41,545 bases of DNA from Chryseobacterium gleum (GCA_945877005.1 CAMCQL010000001.1:1-41545), one strand, 5' to 3'. Positions 1 to 10,100 are shown, counted from the first letter of the stretch. The notes: generated by a model from the sequence alone, not told the origin. Made by a program: numbers and translations.

Positions 1-779
1 GATTGATCGGATTCTATCTTTGAAACTTTTTCAATGTATTCATTTTGTAATGAAGATATTTCAATCCTAGAATTAAGCAACTCATTTCTAGAAATATAAA
101 GATAATTTTCTTGAGCAATTGTTTTTGAAAACACCTCTTGTAATTTTACATTTGCGATTTCAACTTCTTTCAATGATTTCAATCCTTTTTTATGAAGATC
201 TTCCGTACGTTTGAATTGTCTTTCCGCAATAGTCAATTGCGCTTTTAAAGAAATAAAATCTACACTGTCTGATTTAACTTTTACAACACATTGCTTAATC
301 TTGTTTTTATACTGTTGCAGTTTCAAATCACGGATTGATTTAAAAGCCTCCTTTTGCTTTTCTAATGATTGGATTTTAGCCCCATATGACTGGATACTAC
401 TCTCCTTAAAATCAACTTGTTCTGATGTTCTCGCAATTAATTCAGGATCAAAGTAATCACTCTTCACCTCACTAATATATACTAAAGTGTCTCCTTTGTT
501 TACAAAATCTCCTTCCTTTACATACCATTTTTGAAGCATCCCTCCTATCATTGAGTGAACGGTTTGTGGGCGTTGATCAGGAAACAACGTTGTTAAATAA
601 CCATTTGAACTCACATTTTGAGTCCAAGGTAAAAACATGAATAAGAGCACGACAAAAAGCACATACAAAAGCAACCGGCGAAAACGTTTGTCCCAATCAT
701 CTTTAACTACTTTTGAAAAAACGCTGTATTTTTCAGTGTTAATTTTTTCGTAAATTTTATTTTCAGATAAATTCAGCAT
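1..779 (-). CDS. HlyD-family membrane fusion / secretion protein (C-terminus runs off the left edge)
   Basis: Hand translation of the reverse strand from the ATG at 779-777 is open to position 1 (MLNLSENKIYEKINTEKYSV...). It has an N-terminal TM (LLLYVLFVVLLFMFL), a lipoyl-like hairpin motif GGMLQKWYVKEGDFVNKGDTLVYI, then long coiled-coil sequence. It starts 9 nt after the ABC gene stop. It is absent from the ORF track because it has no stop in the window. Confidence 0.8.
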   Translation of the reverse strand, partial: MLNLSENKIYEKINTEKYSVFSKVVKDDWDKRFRRLLLYVLFVVLLFMFLPWTQNVSSNGYLTTLFPDQRPQTVHSMIGGMLQKWYVKEGDFVNKGDTLVYISEVKSDYFDPELIARTSEQVDFKESSIQSYGAKIQSLEKQKEAFKSIRDLKLQQYKNKIKQCVVKVKSDSVDFISLKAQLTIAERQFKRTEDLHKKGLKSLKEVEIANVKLQEVFSKTIAQENYLYISRNELLNSRIEISSLQNEYIEKVSKIESDQ

Positions 780-788
780 AATGTTAAA

Positions 789-2495
789 TTATTTAAATTG
801 TTGACAATACTCTTCATACGTTCCACAAAAAATAATTTGTCCTGACTCCATACGAATGATTTGTTTAAAATAAGGAAGCCAAGATTCATTTTTTGTAGCA
901 GCAACTAAAGTCCAAGGTGAATCCTCCGCAAAAAGCAAAGATTTTAGATGTTCAACACTCTTTAACGTACTCGAAGTAAATCGCTGTTGATCATCCATTA
1001 ACATTAACTTTGGTTTATTTACAATACAACGCGCCAACTTAATTTTTTGAGTTAAACTTCGGGAAAAACTAACAGCATCTACCTGAACTTGAGTAGAAAA
1101 TCCTTCCGGGAACTTTTTCACATCCTCTAACAATAAAGTTTGTTCTGCCACATTTAATACATCTTGAAAACTTAAGTCTTTTCTTCCTACCGTAATATTT
1201 TCTTCTATTGTGCCGGAAAAAAGTTGTTGTTCAGAGACATAATCCCCAATTTGAGACCTTAAATGCTGTAAATTCAAATCACCAAATGGAACATTACAAT
1301 AAGAAATACTTCCATCAGAAATTGGTGCCATACCGCCTAATATTTTTAACAAAGTCGTTTTACCTGCACTGTCACCACCGAACAAAACAGTGTGTTGTTT
1401 GGTGTTTATTTTTAATGTTAAGTTTTTAAAAATAGCTTTAGAAGTTGATGTGTATGAGAAATATACATTATTCAATTCTACACTGTAAGGGTTATTTCCT
1501 AAAACAACATTTGACTTTTCATCCGTAGCTTCTAACGGAATATCCATCACATGACCAATTTTATCTATTGCTGCCAAAACATCATAAAGCGTTTCAAGAC
1601 CAGTAATTAATTTCTCAACCGAACTCATTACTAATAAAATAATTATTTCTGATGCAACAAACTGTCCAATATTCATCTGATTATTAATCACTAACACCCC
1701 TCCGATTACTAACATCATTAGAACAATTAACATTTTAAACCCTGTTAATTGAATAAATTGTCTTACCAAAACTTTAAAGTGACTTTCCCTACTTTTTATG
1801 TACCCTTCCACCAACTGATTGGTTCTTTCTAAAGGTAATTCACTATTTCCTACCAATTTAAACGTTTGCATTGTTCTAGCTAATTCTTCTAGCCAAAAAG
1901 CTACTTTATATTTGTATTTCGATTCTTCAATTGCCGTTTTAACCCCTCTTTTACCAGTATTATAGAGTACAAAAATTAAAACCGTTAATAACAATAAACT
2001 AAATACTATAAAAAACGAATGGTAAAATGACAATAGAATCAAACCAAAAAGTAATTGCAATATAGCAGCTGAAAAATCAATTAATAATTTGGGCACCCCT
2101 TTCTGAAGTGTCATTGTATCAAAAAAACGATTGATTAATTCAGGAGTATAAATACCATTAAGAGAAAAAGTATTAAACAATGGAATTCGATAAGCAAATG
2201 AAAAGGAAGATCGAACAAAAATCTTTTGCTGAATCGTTTCTGTTATTCTTAATTGAACTAATTGTAATACGCCAGAAAAAACAATTGCTACCACAACCAC
2301 AAGGACGAGTAACAACCAAGAGGCAGAAACTGTACCTAGCTGCACCAGATTAATAATAGATTGAATCCCTAAGGGTAATGCTAAATTGGTTAAACCAATA
2401 AACATCGAATAAAAATAGATGTGATATATCTCTTTTTTATCCAGATTGAACATCCTTAAAAGTCGTTGGTAAGGTTTTAAAACAAAATTTTCCAT
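789..2495 (-). CDS. ABC exporter half-transporter (fused membrane domain + ATP-binding domain), no C39 peptidase domain
   Basis: 568 aa with an ATG start. The N-terminal about 300 aa is a multi-TM exporter domain. The C-terminal NBD has Walker A GGDSAGKTT and a Q-loop. The signature, Walker B and H-loop are atypical (see finding). It sits 6 nt after the TetR stop and 9 nt before the HlyD start. Confidence 0.85.
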   Translation of the reverse strand: MENFVLKPYQRLLRMFNLDKKEIYHIYFYSMFIGLTNLALPLGIQSIINLVQLGTVSASWLLLVLVVVVAIVFSGVLQLVQLRITETIQQKIFVRSSFSFAYRIPLFNTFSLNGIYTPELINRFFDTMTLQKGVPKLLIDFSAAILQLLFGLILLSFYHSFFIVFSLLLLTVLIFVLYNTGKRGVKTAIEESKYKYKVAFWLEELARTMQTFKLVGNSELPLERTNQLVEGYIKSRESHFKVLVRQFIQLTGFKMLIVLMMLVIGGVLVINNQMNIGQFVASEIIILLVMSSVEKLITGLETLYDVLAAIDKIGHVMDIPLEATDEKSNVVLGNNPYSVELNNVYFSYTSTSKAIFKNLTLKINTKQHTVLFGGDSAGKTTLLKILGGMAPISDGSISYCNVPFGDLNLQHLRSQIGDYVSEQQLFSGTIEENITVGRKDLSFQDVLNVAEQTLLLEDVKKFPEGFSTQVQVDAVSFSRSLTQKIKLARCIVNKPKLMLMDDQQRFTSSTLKSVEHLKSLLFAEDSPWTLVAATKNESWLPYFKQIIRMESGQIIFCGTYEEYCQQFK

Positions 2496-2501
2496 ATCAG
2501 T

Positions 2502-3170
2502 TTACGATAATGCATTAATAGATAGATGAAACAAAAAATCCTCTAAATTTGAGGTTATATGCAATTCATTTGTTAAACGAGGTAAATGTAATCCGAAATA
2601 ACGTTGATGAAATGAAGCTTCAACTAACGTTGCCGCCAAAGCATTTGGATACAAATAATTCGCGTTGATTTTTAACAAAATTTCTGAAATCAAACAAACA
2701 TTTCTTTTAAAGGTTAAATAATAACCCGCTTTATTTTCTTCGTCCACTTTTTTATTTAAAAATGTTTTGGAAGACTCATTCGTAATCATTTGTTTCAATA
2801 AAATTTCATCTAAATGTAAAGTTCCATTTTTTTGAGGGGATTGACTTACTAAAACCCCGATAATTCGTTTCAATTGCTCTTTTGGATCATCTATATTTGT
2901 GATGGCCAAAACAAAGTTCACCTCCATCCAGGTCCAGTAATAATTGAACAAATACATAAAAAATTGATGTTTATTTTCAAAATATCGGTATAAAGTACTT
3001 TCTGTTGTTTGGATAAAACTTGCTAATTTCTTAAATGTAAAACTTTCATAACCAATATCCTCCAATAAGAACAATCCCTCTTTTACAATTAATTCACCGA
3101 GCTTGCTTGAAATCGGATTTTTAATATACAAACTACTATTAACCTCTACTCTAATATTATCTTTAAACAT
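2502..3170 (-). CDS. TetR/AcrR-family transcriptional regulator
   Basis: N-terminal [30 protein letters not shown] prefer the ATG at 3170 ([10 protein letters not shown]) over the track start at 3191, which is a GTG lying inside a TAnnTTTG box. Confidence 0.8.
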   Translation of the reverse strand: MFKDNIRVEVNSSLYIKNPISSKLGELIVKEGLFLLEDIGYESFTFKKLASFIQTTESTLYRYFENKHQFFMYLFNYYWTWMEVNFVLAITNIDDPKEQLKRIIGVLVSQSPQKNGTLHLDEILLKQMITNESSKTFLNKKVDEENKAGYYLTFKRNVCLISEILLKINANYLYPNALAATLVEASFHQRYFGLHLPRLTNELHITSNLEDFLFHLSINALS

Positions 3171-3190
3171 ACAAAAATATATTTCACTCA

Positions 3191-3198
3191 CAAATATA
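3191..3198 (-). promoter_or_regulatory. Bacteroidota-type -7 promoter box TATATTTG for the tetR-ABC-hlyD operon
   Basis: The reverse complement of caaatata is TATATTTG, matching the TAnnTTTG consensus. It lies about 20 nt upstream of the ATG at 3170. Confidence 0.4.
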
Positions 3199-3211
3199 AT
3201 AGTAATACTAT
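3199..3211. promoter_or_regulatory. Perfect 13-nt palindrome ATAGTA-A-TACTAT, candidate TetR operator
   Basis: Read directly. It immediately abuts the -7 box on its upstream side, in the promoter spacer. Confidence 0.3.
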
Positions 3212-3354
3212 CAATATTGAAAATTTCACATTTTTTTATAGAAGTCTTGTTATTTAAAAATAATTTAGTACACTTGCATTATAGATTCAATAATCGAATC
3301 ATTACTATCACAAAAATTTCTCTTTTACATTTTAAAAAAATCAATTCATACTTT

Positions 3355-5079
3355 ATGGATATTAAAGATTTAGAAGGCAAAAAACTTTCTGATTTACGAG
3401 TTATCGCAACTGCAGCTGGAATTACCAATACAGAAACACTTAAAAAAGCAGATATCATTGATGCAATCAAAAAAATAACTTCAGAGAGTATTACTGATAA
3501 TACGATGAAGATTTCCACTCCTCCTTTAATAGAAAAAACGATACCTTCTAAAAAGAGTTCTATAAAAATCGAACAAAAAGAAAATGAAAGCTCTCTTTCT
3601 TCAAATCCAAATAAAGAGGTTTTAGTCGAACAAAAAATTGATAAAACCACTCAAATTGATGCTGAGATAAAACAAACCGAAACTCAATCAAAATCTCGAC
3701 CTCAACACAAACGACCTCATACGATCCGAAAAGTTGTAATTGCTGAAACAACAGAAAGCGTAACTACGGAAGTTAAAAAAGAGACTTCGGAAGAAACAAC
3801 AACAAAAGATCAAACAATACAATCATCCACCAACGATCCATCAATTACTATTGAAAGAACTAATAAAGTTCCTACTCATCATCAAAAAAGGCCTGAACAC
3901 AGAGATCGTGAGCGTTTACCTGAAAACCAAGTTGAAAAACAAGAAGAAATTCGTTACGATTTAGCAGGTATTGTAAGTGCTGAAGGGGTATTAGAAGTTA
4001 TTCAAGAAGGGTTTGGTTTTCTTCGTTCATCGGACTACAACTACCTACCTTCACCAGACGATATTTACGTTTCACAAAGTCAGATTAAATTTTTCGGATT
4101 GAAAACTGGAGATACTGTACTAGGCACAATTCGTCCACCAAAAGAAGGGGAGAAATTTTTCCCATTAGTTAAAGTGGATTCAATCAACGGAAGACACCCT
4201 TCCTATATCCGAGACAGAGTTCCTTTTCAATACCTTACACCACTTTTTCCAAACGAAAAATTCAACCTAACTGGTCACAAAGATGAATCTATGTCTACAA
4301 GAATCATGGATTTATTTGCCCCAATCGGCAAAGGACAAAGAGGTATGATTGTTGCGCAGCCAAAAACGGGTAAAACAATGCTTCTTAAGGATGTTGCAAA
4401 CGCAATTGCGGCTAATCATCCTGAAGTATATCTTATCGTTTTATTGATTGATGAACGACCAGAGGAGGTTACCGATATGGCAAGAAGTGTAAAAGCTGAA
4501 GTTATCGCATCTACTTTTGACGAACCGGCAGAAAGACATGTAAAAGTGGCAAATATCGTCCTTGAAAAAGCTAAAAGAATGGTTGAATGTGGCCATGATG
4601 TATGCATCTTACTTGATTCTATCACTCGATTAGCGAGAGCGTACAATACAGTTTCACCTGCTTCTGGAAAGGTACTTTCTGGAGGTGTAGATGCAAACGC
4701 ATTGCACAAACCAAAAAGATTCTTTGGGGCTGCTAGAAAAATTGAAAATGGAGGATCATTATCAATCATTGCTACAGCATTGACAGACACTGGTTCTAAA
4801 ATGGATGAAGTAATCTTTGAAGAGTTTAAAGGAACAGGAAATATGGAACTTCAATTGGATCGAAAAATAGCCAACCGTCGTATTTTTCCAGCTATAGATA
4901 TTACTGCTTCAAGTACAAGAAGAGACGACTTATTAGTTCGTAAAGATGTACTACAACGAGTTTATTTATTACGTAGACACATAGCAGATATGAATGCCGT
5001 TGAGGCAATGGAATTTTTGAAAAGCCAAATGGATAATACACTTTCAAATGAAGAGTTCCTTGCTTCAATGAATCGCTAA
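3355..5079 (+). CDS. rho: Transcription termination factor Rho with a long low-complexity N-terminal insertion
   Basis: The ATG at 3355 gives [23 protein letters not shown] (Rho N-terminal helical motif). It has a cold-shock-like RNA-binding part (GFGFLRS), Walker A PKTGKT, and a C-terminal RecA-like domain ([28 protein letters not shown]). The upstream 84 codons of the track ORF are AT-rich read-through. Confidence 0.95.
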   Translation: MDIKDLEGKKLSDLRVIATAAGITNTETLKKADIIDAIKKITSESITDNTMKISTPPLIEKTIPSKKSSIKIEQKENESSLSSNPNKEVLVEQKIDKTTQIDAEIKQTETQSKSRPQHKRPHTIRKVVIAETTESVTTEVKKETSEETTTKDQTIQSSTNDPSITIERTNKVPTHHQKRPEHRDRERLPENQVEKQEEIRYDLAGIVSAEGVLEVIQEGFGFLRSSDYNYLPSPDDIYVSQSQIKFFGLKTGDTVLGTIRPPKEGEKFFPLVKVDSINGRHPSYIRDRVPFQYLTPLFPNEKFNLTGHKDESMSTRIMDLFAPIGKGQRGMIVAQPKTGKTMLLKDVANAIAANHPEVYLIVLLIDERPEEVTDMARSVKAEVIASTFDEPAERHVKVANIVLEKAKRMVECGHDVCILLDSITRLARAYNTVSPASGKVLSGGVDANALHKPKRFFGAARKIENGGSLSIIATALTDTGSKMDEVIFEEFKGTGNMELQLDRKIANRRIFPAIDITASSTRRDDLLVRKDVLQRVYLLRRHIADMNAVEAMEFLKSQMDNTLSNEEFLASMNR

Positions 5080-5094
5080 TTAATCCCAAATAAA

Positions 5095-5652
5095 TTGAAA
5101 AATAAAGTAAAATTTAGTTTGATTTTTGCTTCCATTTGGATCTTTTATAAACTAATCTTGTTTTGGTTTGGTTCTACTATAAATACAGTAACGCCATCAA
5201 TATTCGGGAATATATTTTGTTTACTTGCTGCTATTTCAGTTGGGTTATTCATTCACAAAAAAAATGAAACAACAGAAAAAGGCAATGCTATTAACGACAT
5301 AAAAACATCCTTAAGTGTCGGTATGCCCTATGCAGTAATTGTATCTCTATTTATCTACGTTTACTATTCTAAAATTGATCCTGAATACAATCAACGACAA
5401 ATTCATAAAGCACAAGTTCTCATAGATAAAACACTAAAAAACGAAGTGAAATTTGAAGAACTTAAAAAAGAAAACGAATCATTTGAAGTGATGTCTAAAG
5501 AAAGAATTCGAAAAGAATTGATCAAAGGACCCAAAAGTTTTTATACCGCATCTGCTACATCATTAGTGAGTTTATTATCTTTAATGATGCTTTCTACTTT
5601 CTACAGTATCCTGCTAACGGTAATCTACAGGAAATTTATCTTTAGAAACTAA
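5095..5652 (+). CDS. Small multi-pass membrane protein (DUF4199-like, tentative)
   Basis: 185 aa with about 4 hydrophobic helices, 15 nt after the rho stop. The only available start is TTG at 5095, since there is no in-frame ATG before the first TM. The family call is from memory of size and topology only. Confidence 0.5.
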   Translation: MKNKVKFSLIFASIWIFYKLILFWFGSTINTVTPSIFGNIFCLLAAISVGLFIHKKNETTEKGNAINDIKTSLSVGMPYAVIVSLFIYVYYSKIDPEYNQRQIHKAQVLIDKTLKNEVKFEELKKENESFEVMSKERIRKELIKGPKSFYTASATSLVSLLSLMMLSTFYSILLTVIYRKFIFRN

Positions 5653-5680
5653 TATGTATATTCCGTTAAAGGGAAAAGTA

Positions 5681-6355
5681 TCAACCTTGGTTAGCAAATA
5701 AAAATTTATTTGGACTAACAAGTTGTGTTTTAACTGCGTACATCACAATTCCTGCAGTATTTTTCACACCTAATTTTGCCATAATATTTTTTCGATGGGT
5801 GTTAATGGTATGATTACTAAGAAATAAATTCTCTGCAATTTGAGCATTTGTTTGACCTTCAGAAATGTAAACGATAATCTCATTTTCTCTTTCTGACAAT
5901 AAAACTGGCTCACAAGAAAAAGAAGCAAAATCAATATCTTCAACGTTAATACTTGCACGTTGAATTGTTTCAAGAACTTGACCACAAAAAAATTTATTTC
6001 CTTGTTTAGTTTCTTTGATTGCATTTATTATTTCAGAAATGTCACAATCTTTTTTTACATAACTAGAAACACCACTTCTTAAAGCGTCAACTAATGTTTG
6101 CGCACTCTGTTCAGGAGTAATCGCCACAAACTTTACAAAAGGAAAACTTGAAACGATTTTAGGTATAACATCAATGCTAAAACCTGGAGAAGTATAATCA
6201 ATTAATACAATATCAGTTTCAAAGCTAGAAATCAGTTTAAATAAATCTTCATTATTTATAGCCTCACCAACAATATCAATTTTTAATTGAGAATTAATGA
6301 CTGTTCTAAGTCCAATTCTAATCAATTCATTACTATCAGCGAGTACTAACTTCAT
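5681..6355 (-). CDS. NarL/FixJ (LuxR-type HTH) response regulator
   Basis: The receiver has the acceptor Asp in DIVLIDY, a conserved T (VAIT) and K (YVKK). The C-terminal LuxR HTH is LSERENEIIVYISEGQTNAQIAENLFLSNHTINTHRKNIMAKLGV. No histidine kinase is adjacent. Confidence 0.85.
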   Translation of the reverse strand: MKLVLADSNELIRIGLRTVINSQLKIDIVGEAINNEDLFKLISSFETDIVLIDYTSPGFSIDVIPKIVSSFPFVKFVAITPEQSAQTLVDALRSGVSSYVKKDCDISEIINAIKETKQGNKFFCGQVLETIQRASINVEDIDFASFSCEPVLLSERENEIIVYISEGQTNAQIAENLFLSNHTINTHRKNIMAKLGVKNTAGIVMYAVKTQLVSPNKFLFANQG

Positions 6356-6374
6356 TATTTATAATGTTTCTAAA

Positions 6375-6382
6375 CAAAATTA
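6375..6382 (-). promoter_or_regulatory. -7 box TAATTTTG upstream of the response regulator gene
   Basis: The reverse complement of caaaatta matches TAnnTTTG, 19 nt upstream of the ATG at 6355. Confidence 0.4.
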
Positions 6383-6414
6383 ATTAAAATTCTTAATTAC
6401 ACTTTAAATATAGG

Positions 6415-7131
6415 CTAAATTAAATCAAAAATATCTTGAACCCCAATAGTTCTTTCGACAGTAAAACCTTCTGCAAATGGAACATCAATATCTCTCCCCA
6501 TTGTCGCCATTCTTCCCTTCAAAAATTCAATGAAATTCTCACTCGATATTGGAGTTTGTGGTCCTTGCATTTCTGGATAATAAAATTGAGTATTGTAAGC
6601 GAAAATAGCTTCAAACTTTTTATCAATAAAATTAGAAATATCAATAACAAAACTAGGTTTAACATATCGATCTTGAATATAATGATAAACTGCTTTAGGA
6701 CGATAATGCTCTTGGGCTTTACCTTGATAGTTTGTTTTTATTTTCAATAATCCAGACAAAAAACAAGCATCAGAGACTAACTTACTTCCTTTCGCGTGAT
6801 CAGGATGACGATCATCTATTGCATTAGCAAATACTATTTCAGGTTTGAAAAAACGAATTTGTTCAATAACTTTAATTAAATTATCTTGATTGTGTTCAAA
6901 AAATCCGTCCCCTAACCCTAAATTAATTCGAGCTTCTAGACTTAAAATAGAAGCTGCTAATTTAGCTTCAGAAAAACGAGTGAGATTTGTACCCCTTGAT
7001 CCTAATTCACCTTCAGTTAAATCAACAATTGCAGCTTTTTTACCTTGATGAATGTATTTTAATAAAGTTCCTGAAGCAGATAATTCGACATCATCCGGAT
7101 GAGCACCAAAGGCTAAAATATCAACTTTCAT
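6415..7131 (-). CDS. bshB1: LmbE/PIG-L family deacetylase, bacillithiol biosynthesis BshB1-like
   Basis: MKVDILAFGAHPDDVELSASGT...DLTEGELGSRGT and a later HPDH motif are typical of BshB1-type N-acetylglucosaminyl-malate deacetylases. Its start overlaps the ccsBA stop (ATGA). Confidence 0.8.
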   Translation of the reverse strand: MKVDILAFGAHPDDVELSASGTLLKYIHQGKKAAIVDLTEGELGSRGTNLTRFSEAKLAASILSLEARINLGLGDGFFEHNQDNLIKVIEQIRFFKPEIVFANAIDDRHPDHAKGSKLVSDACFLSGLLKIKTNYQGKAQEHYRPKAVYHYIQDRYVKPSFVIDISNFIDKKFEAIFAYNTQFYYPEMQGPQTPISSENFIEFLKGRMATMGRDIDVPFAEGFTVERTIGVQDIFDLI

Positions 7132-10100
7132 TCTATACTTTGTTTTGATTTATAAAATCGATACCTAAAGTAAGAACTAAGAGAGAATAAAAAGAACATG
7201 GCAGCAGTGTAAAAAATCCAATTTGGAATTTCTGCCAATCCTTCTCCTTGCGCATAGGAGTGCAAACCAACCAAGTAGAAATTAACTCCGAAAAAAGTAA
7301 AAATAATCGCACTGTAGCCCCAAAAAGAAACCAAATTAAAGGTAAAAGTACTTTTTAAACCAGGAATGTATCTTAAATGTAGTATAACCGCGTAAACTAA
7401 CACAGAAACTAACGCCCAAGTTTCCTTCGGATCCCAGCCCCAATACCTACCCCAAGACTCATTTGCCCAAATACCTCCAAGGAACGTGCCGATTGTTAAC
7501 ATAAATAAACCCAACGTAATTGTCAACTCAGAAACTGCAGTAATTTCTTTGATTTGAGCAGTAATTCGAGGTCCATTTTTTCTTGTGCGAAACAAATACA
7601 AGACTTGATTTAAGAAGGATAAAATTGCACCTAAACCTAGAAAACCATAACTTCCAGTAATAATTGCAACGTGAATCATTAACCAATAAGACTTTAAAAC
7701 AGGCTGTAAAGGTGTTATTTCAGGATCCATTAGATTCAATTCTGTTACAAATAAAATAAAGAAAGAAAGAATAGCAGTACCCGCTAATACAGCTCCATTT
7801 TTACGAGAAAAGATAAAACCAGCCAACATTGCCACCCAAGCTATAAAAACAACTGCCTCGTAACCATTACTCCATGGAGCATGACCAGAAATATACCATC
7901 TTAAAGCAATTCCAATTCCATGATAAACAAATACGATACCAATTAAAATAATAAAAGGTAACATCGTTCGTTTAATAATTCGCTCTGTTTTTTGAGTAGG
8001 TGATACAAATATTCGAACAAAATAAAGAATTAATAATACAATGCCCAATATAAAATAACTGTACATCGTATTTTTAAAAATACTCATTTTATTGTACCGA
8101 ATTTCTAAATCAACATGTTTACTTGAAGGCACAATCTCTTTTGCGATGTTTCTTTGAAACGATTTTAATTGATTCAAAAATTCATTCGCTTTGACAAAAG
8201 AATGTTTTTTTACAGCATCATTAACTTCGGCCAAATACCTCAATGCTAGAGTGGATGAAAGTGAATCTTTTTTCATCAAATCCATATTTAAAGGCACAAA
8301 CCAAGTGTTATTCTTATCTCCCTTAAGGGGAATTATTTTCATATATTCCCAACTAAATATTGCGCTCAATACTTGAAAACGTTCAACGAGCTTAATGATT
8401 TTTTTATCGAATTCACTTCTTTTTGATTCTAATTTTTGATGGGCTGAATTGTAATTTGACAACCATTTAAATTCACCAGTTTCAACTTTAACCAAACTGG
8501 TATAATCTTCATAATTTGATAAATGAAGTGGTTCGCGAAGTACTTGTGGTATTGAAATAATTTTTTTCTCCATCCAAAAAGGAGGATACATATGCATACT
8601 CATAATCACTTGTATTGCATTCTTTTTTTCAAAAATATTTTTACCATAAATCTTACGCAATAATTGATCTGCCATTGTATGCAATGGAACGATTCGACCA
8701 TCATAATCCTGAACTAACAGTGATGCTAAATCTTCTGAATGTTCTTCAGAAATAATTCTATGTACAGGAACTTCTTTTTTAGCAGTTCCCATTTGCTCGT
8801 GAGAATGATTGTGGTGATCACCCTGTGAGAATCCTAAAGAAGTCATTGAAAGTATCAAAGCCATTGATAACAATACTTTTCTTCTTTTTTGAGAAGCGTT
8901 GATTTTTGACAACAAGTCTTTGAATCTTCCTTTCGGTGCAAATAAAGACATAATCATTCCTATAGCCATTAATAAATAACCCAAATAGGTGATATTTGTA
9001 CCCCAAAAATCATGATTTACACTCAATCTAGTTCCTTTTTCATCTGGATCATAACTCGATTGAAAAAAACGATAACCCCCATAATCCATTACATGATTCA
9101 TGAAAATCTTTTGATTTCGTGTGTATTTTTTTTTCGTATCTAAAATAGTAACTTGACTTTCAAAAGAAGATGCAACATTCGATCCAGGATAACGATCAAG
9201 TTTAAAATCTCTACAAGCTATAGAAAAAGGTAATGTTGCTTTAGATGATCCATATTCCATTTCAAAAGTTAAGCCACTAAATTTAAAAATTTCAGTTTCA
9301 GGAATCTGACCAATACCACCAATTAAGTCAACAAGTTTAGACGACACGTCATCTGATATTTTAATTGTTAAAACATCCATCCCCCTATCTTTTCTTCCAG
9401 ATGAAACTTTAGACATTTTAGCATGTTCAATAACTCTTTTAAAAACAAACTGTTGACCTGCAACTTGGTATAAAGTTGTTGAATAAAATGGAACTAAGCT
9501 ATCCGATGGAATTGTTATAAACGCTTCTTCAGGTGGTGTAGTTCCAGCTTGGCGATACATTTTCATTTTAGACATTGGTAAGTATCTAAACGGTAATTTA
9601 GAATTAACAAAAAGCTGTCCATTTACTCTTTTCACATCGATTCCTGGCATTGAATTTTTCTTTTCAAAAGAAAGTGCATTCTCACCCACCATCACAAATT
9701 GATTCGGACCAACATAATTGGACTTCATACCATCCGTTACAATTTCTAGCACACATTCTTTGATAGAATCATTAATCACCAAAGTATCAATCATTTTTTT
9801 TCTAAAAGAAACTACTTCAATATTTAACGGTTTTTTACGATTTGGGAAATTGACTTCGTGGTTAAAAGAATTCAAAAATTGTTCAGACTGTAATAGTTTT
9901 TGATTCAATGTATATTGCATTTTTCCATCATTGATTTTAAACCATAAGTGTGGATCTGATAAATAAATGAAATTAGAAGAACTACCTTCTCGGATTAACA
10001 TCAACCCTTCAAAACCGAAATATCTTGTAACTGCGGCACCGATTACAATCACTATAAAAGACAAATGAAAAGACAACATCGCAATCTTTTCACGTGCAAA

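Noticed and set aside
3103-3354. An 84-codon N-terminal extension of the rho ORF in the track ([13 protein letters not shown]...).
   Set aside because: The extension is hydrophobic, AT-driven sequence overlapping the tetR 5' end and promoter. Rho homology starts exactly at the ATG at 3355 ([15 protein letters not shown]). The extension is just stop-free intergenic sequence.
4416-4790. Antisense or alternative-frame ORFs inside well-supported genes: 211-456, 1208-1429, 3279-3751, 4416-4790, 4901-5089, 5770-6024, 6436-6750, 8191-8376, 8818-9006, 9718-9903, 14150-14353, 17060-17308, 17367-17555, 19827-20033, 24772-25005, 25762-25983, 26347-26556, 28040-28228, 29510-29806, 33389-33574, 38022-38234, 38912-39130, 39305-39547, 41270-41464.
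   Set aside because: Each lies wholly within a longer ORF that has clear family motifs. Their translations are low-complexity or Cys/Phe/Ser-rich with no recognisable motifs, and several start at non-ATG codons. This is what chance predicts in AT-rich DNA.
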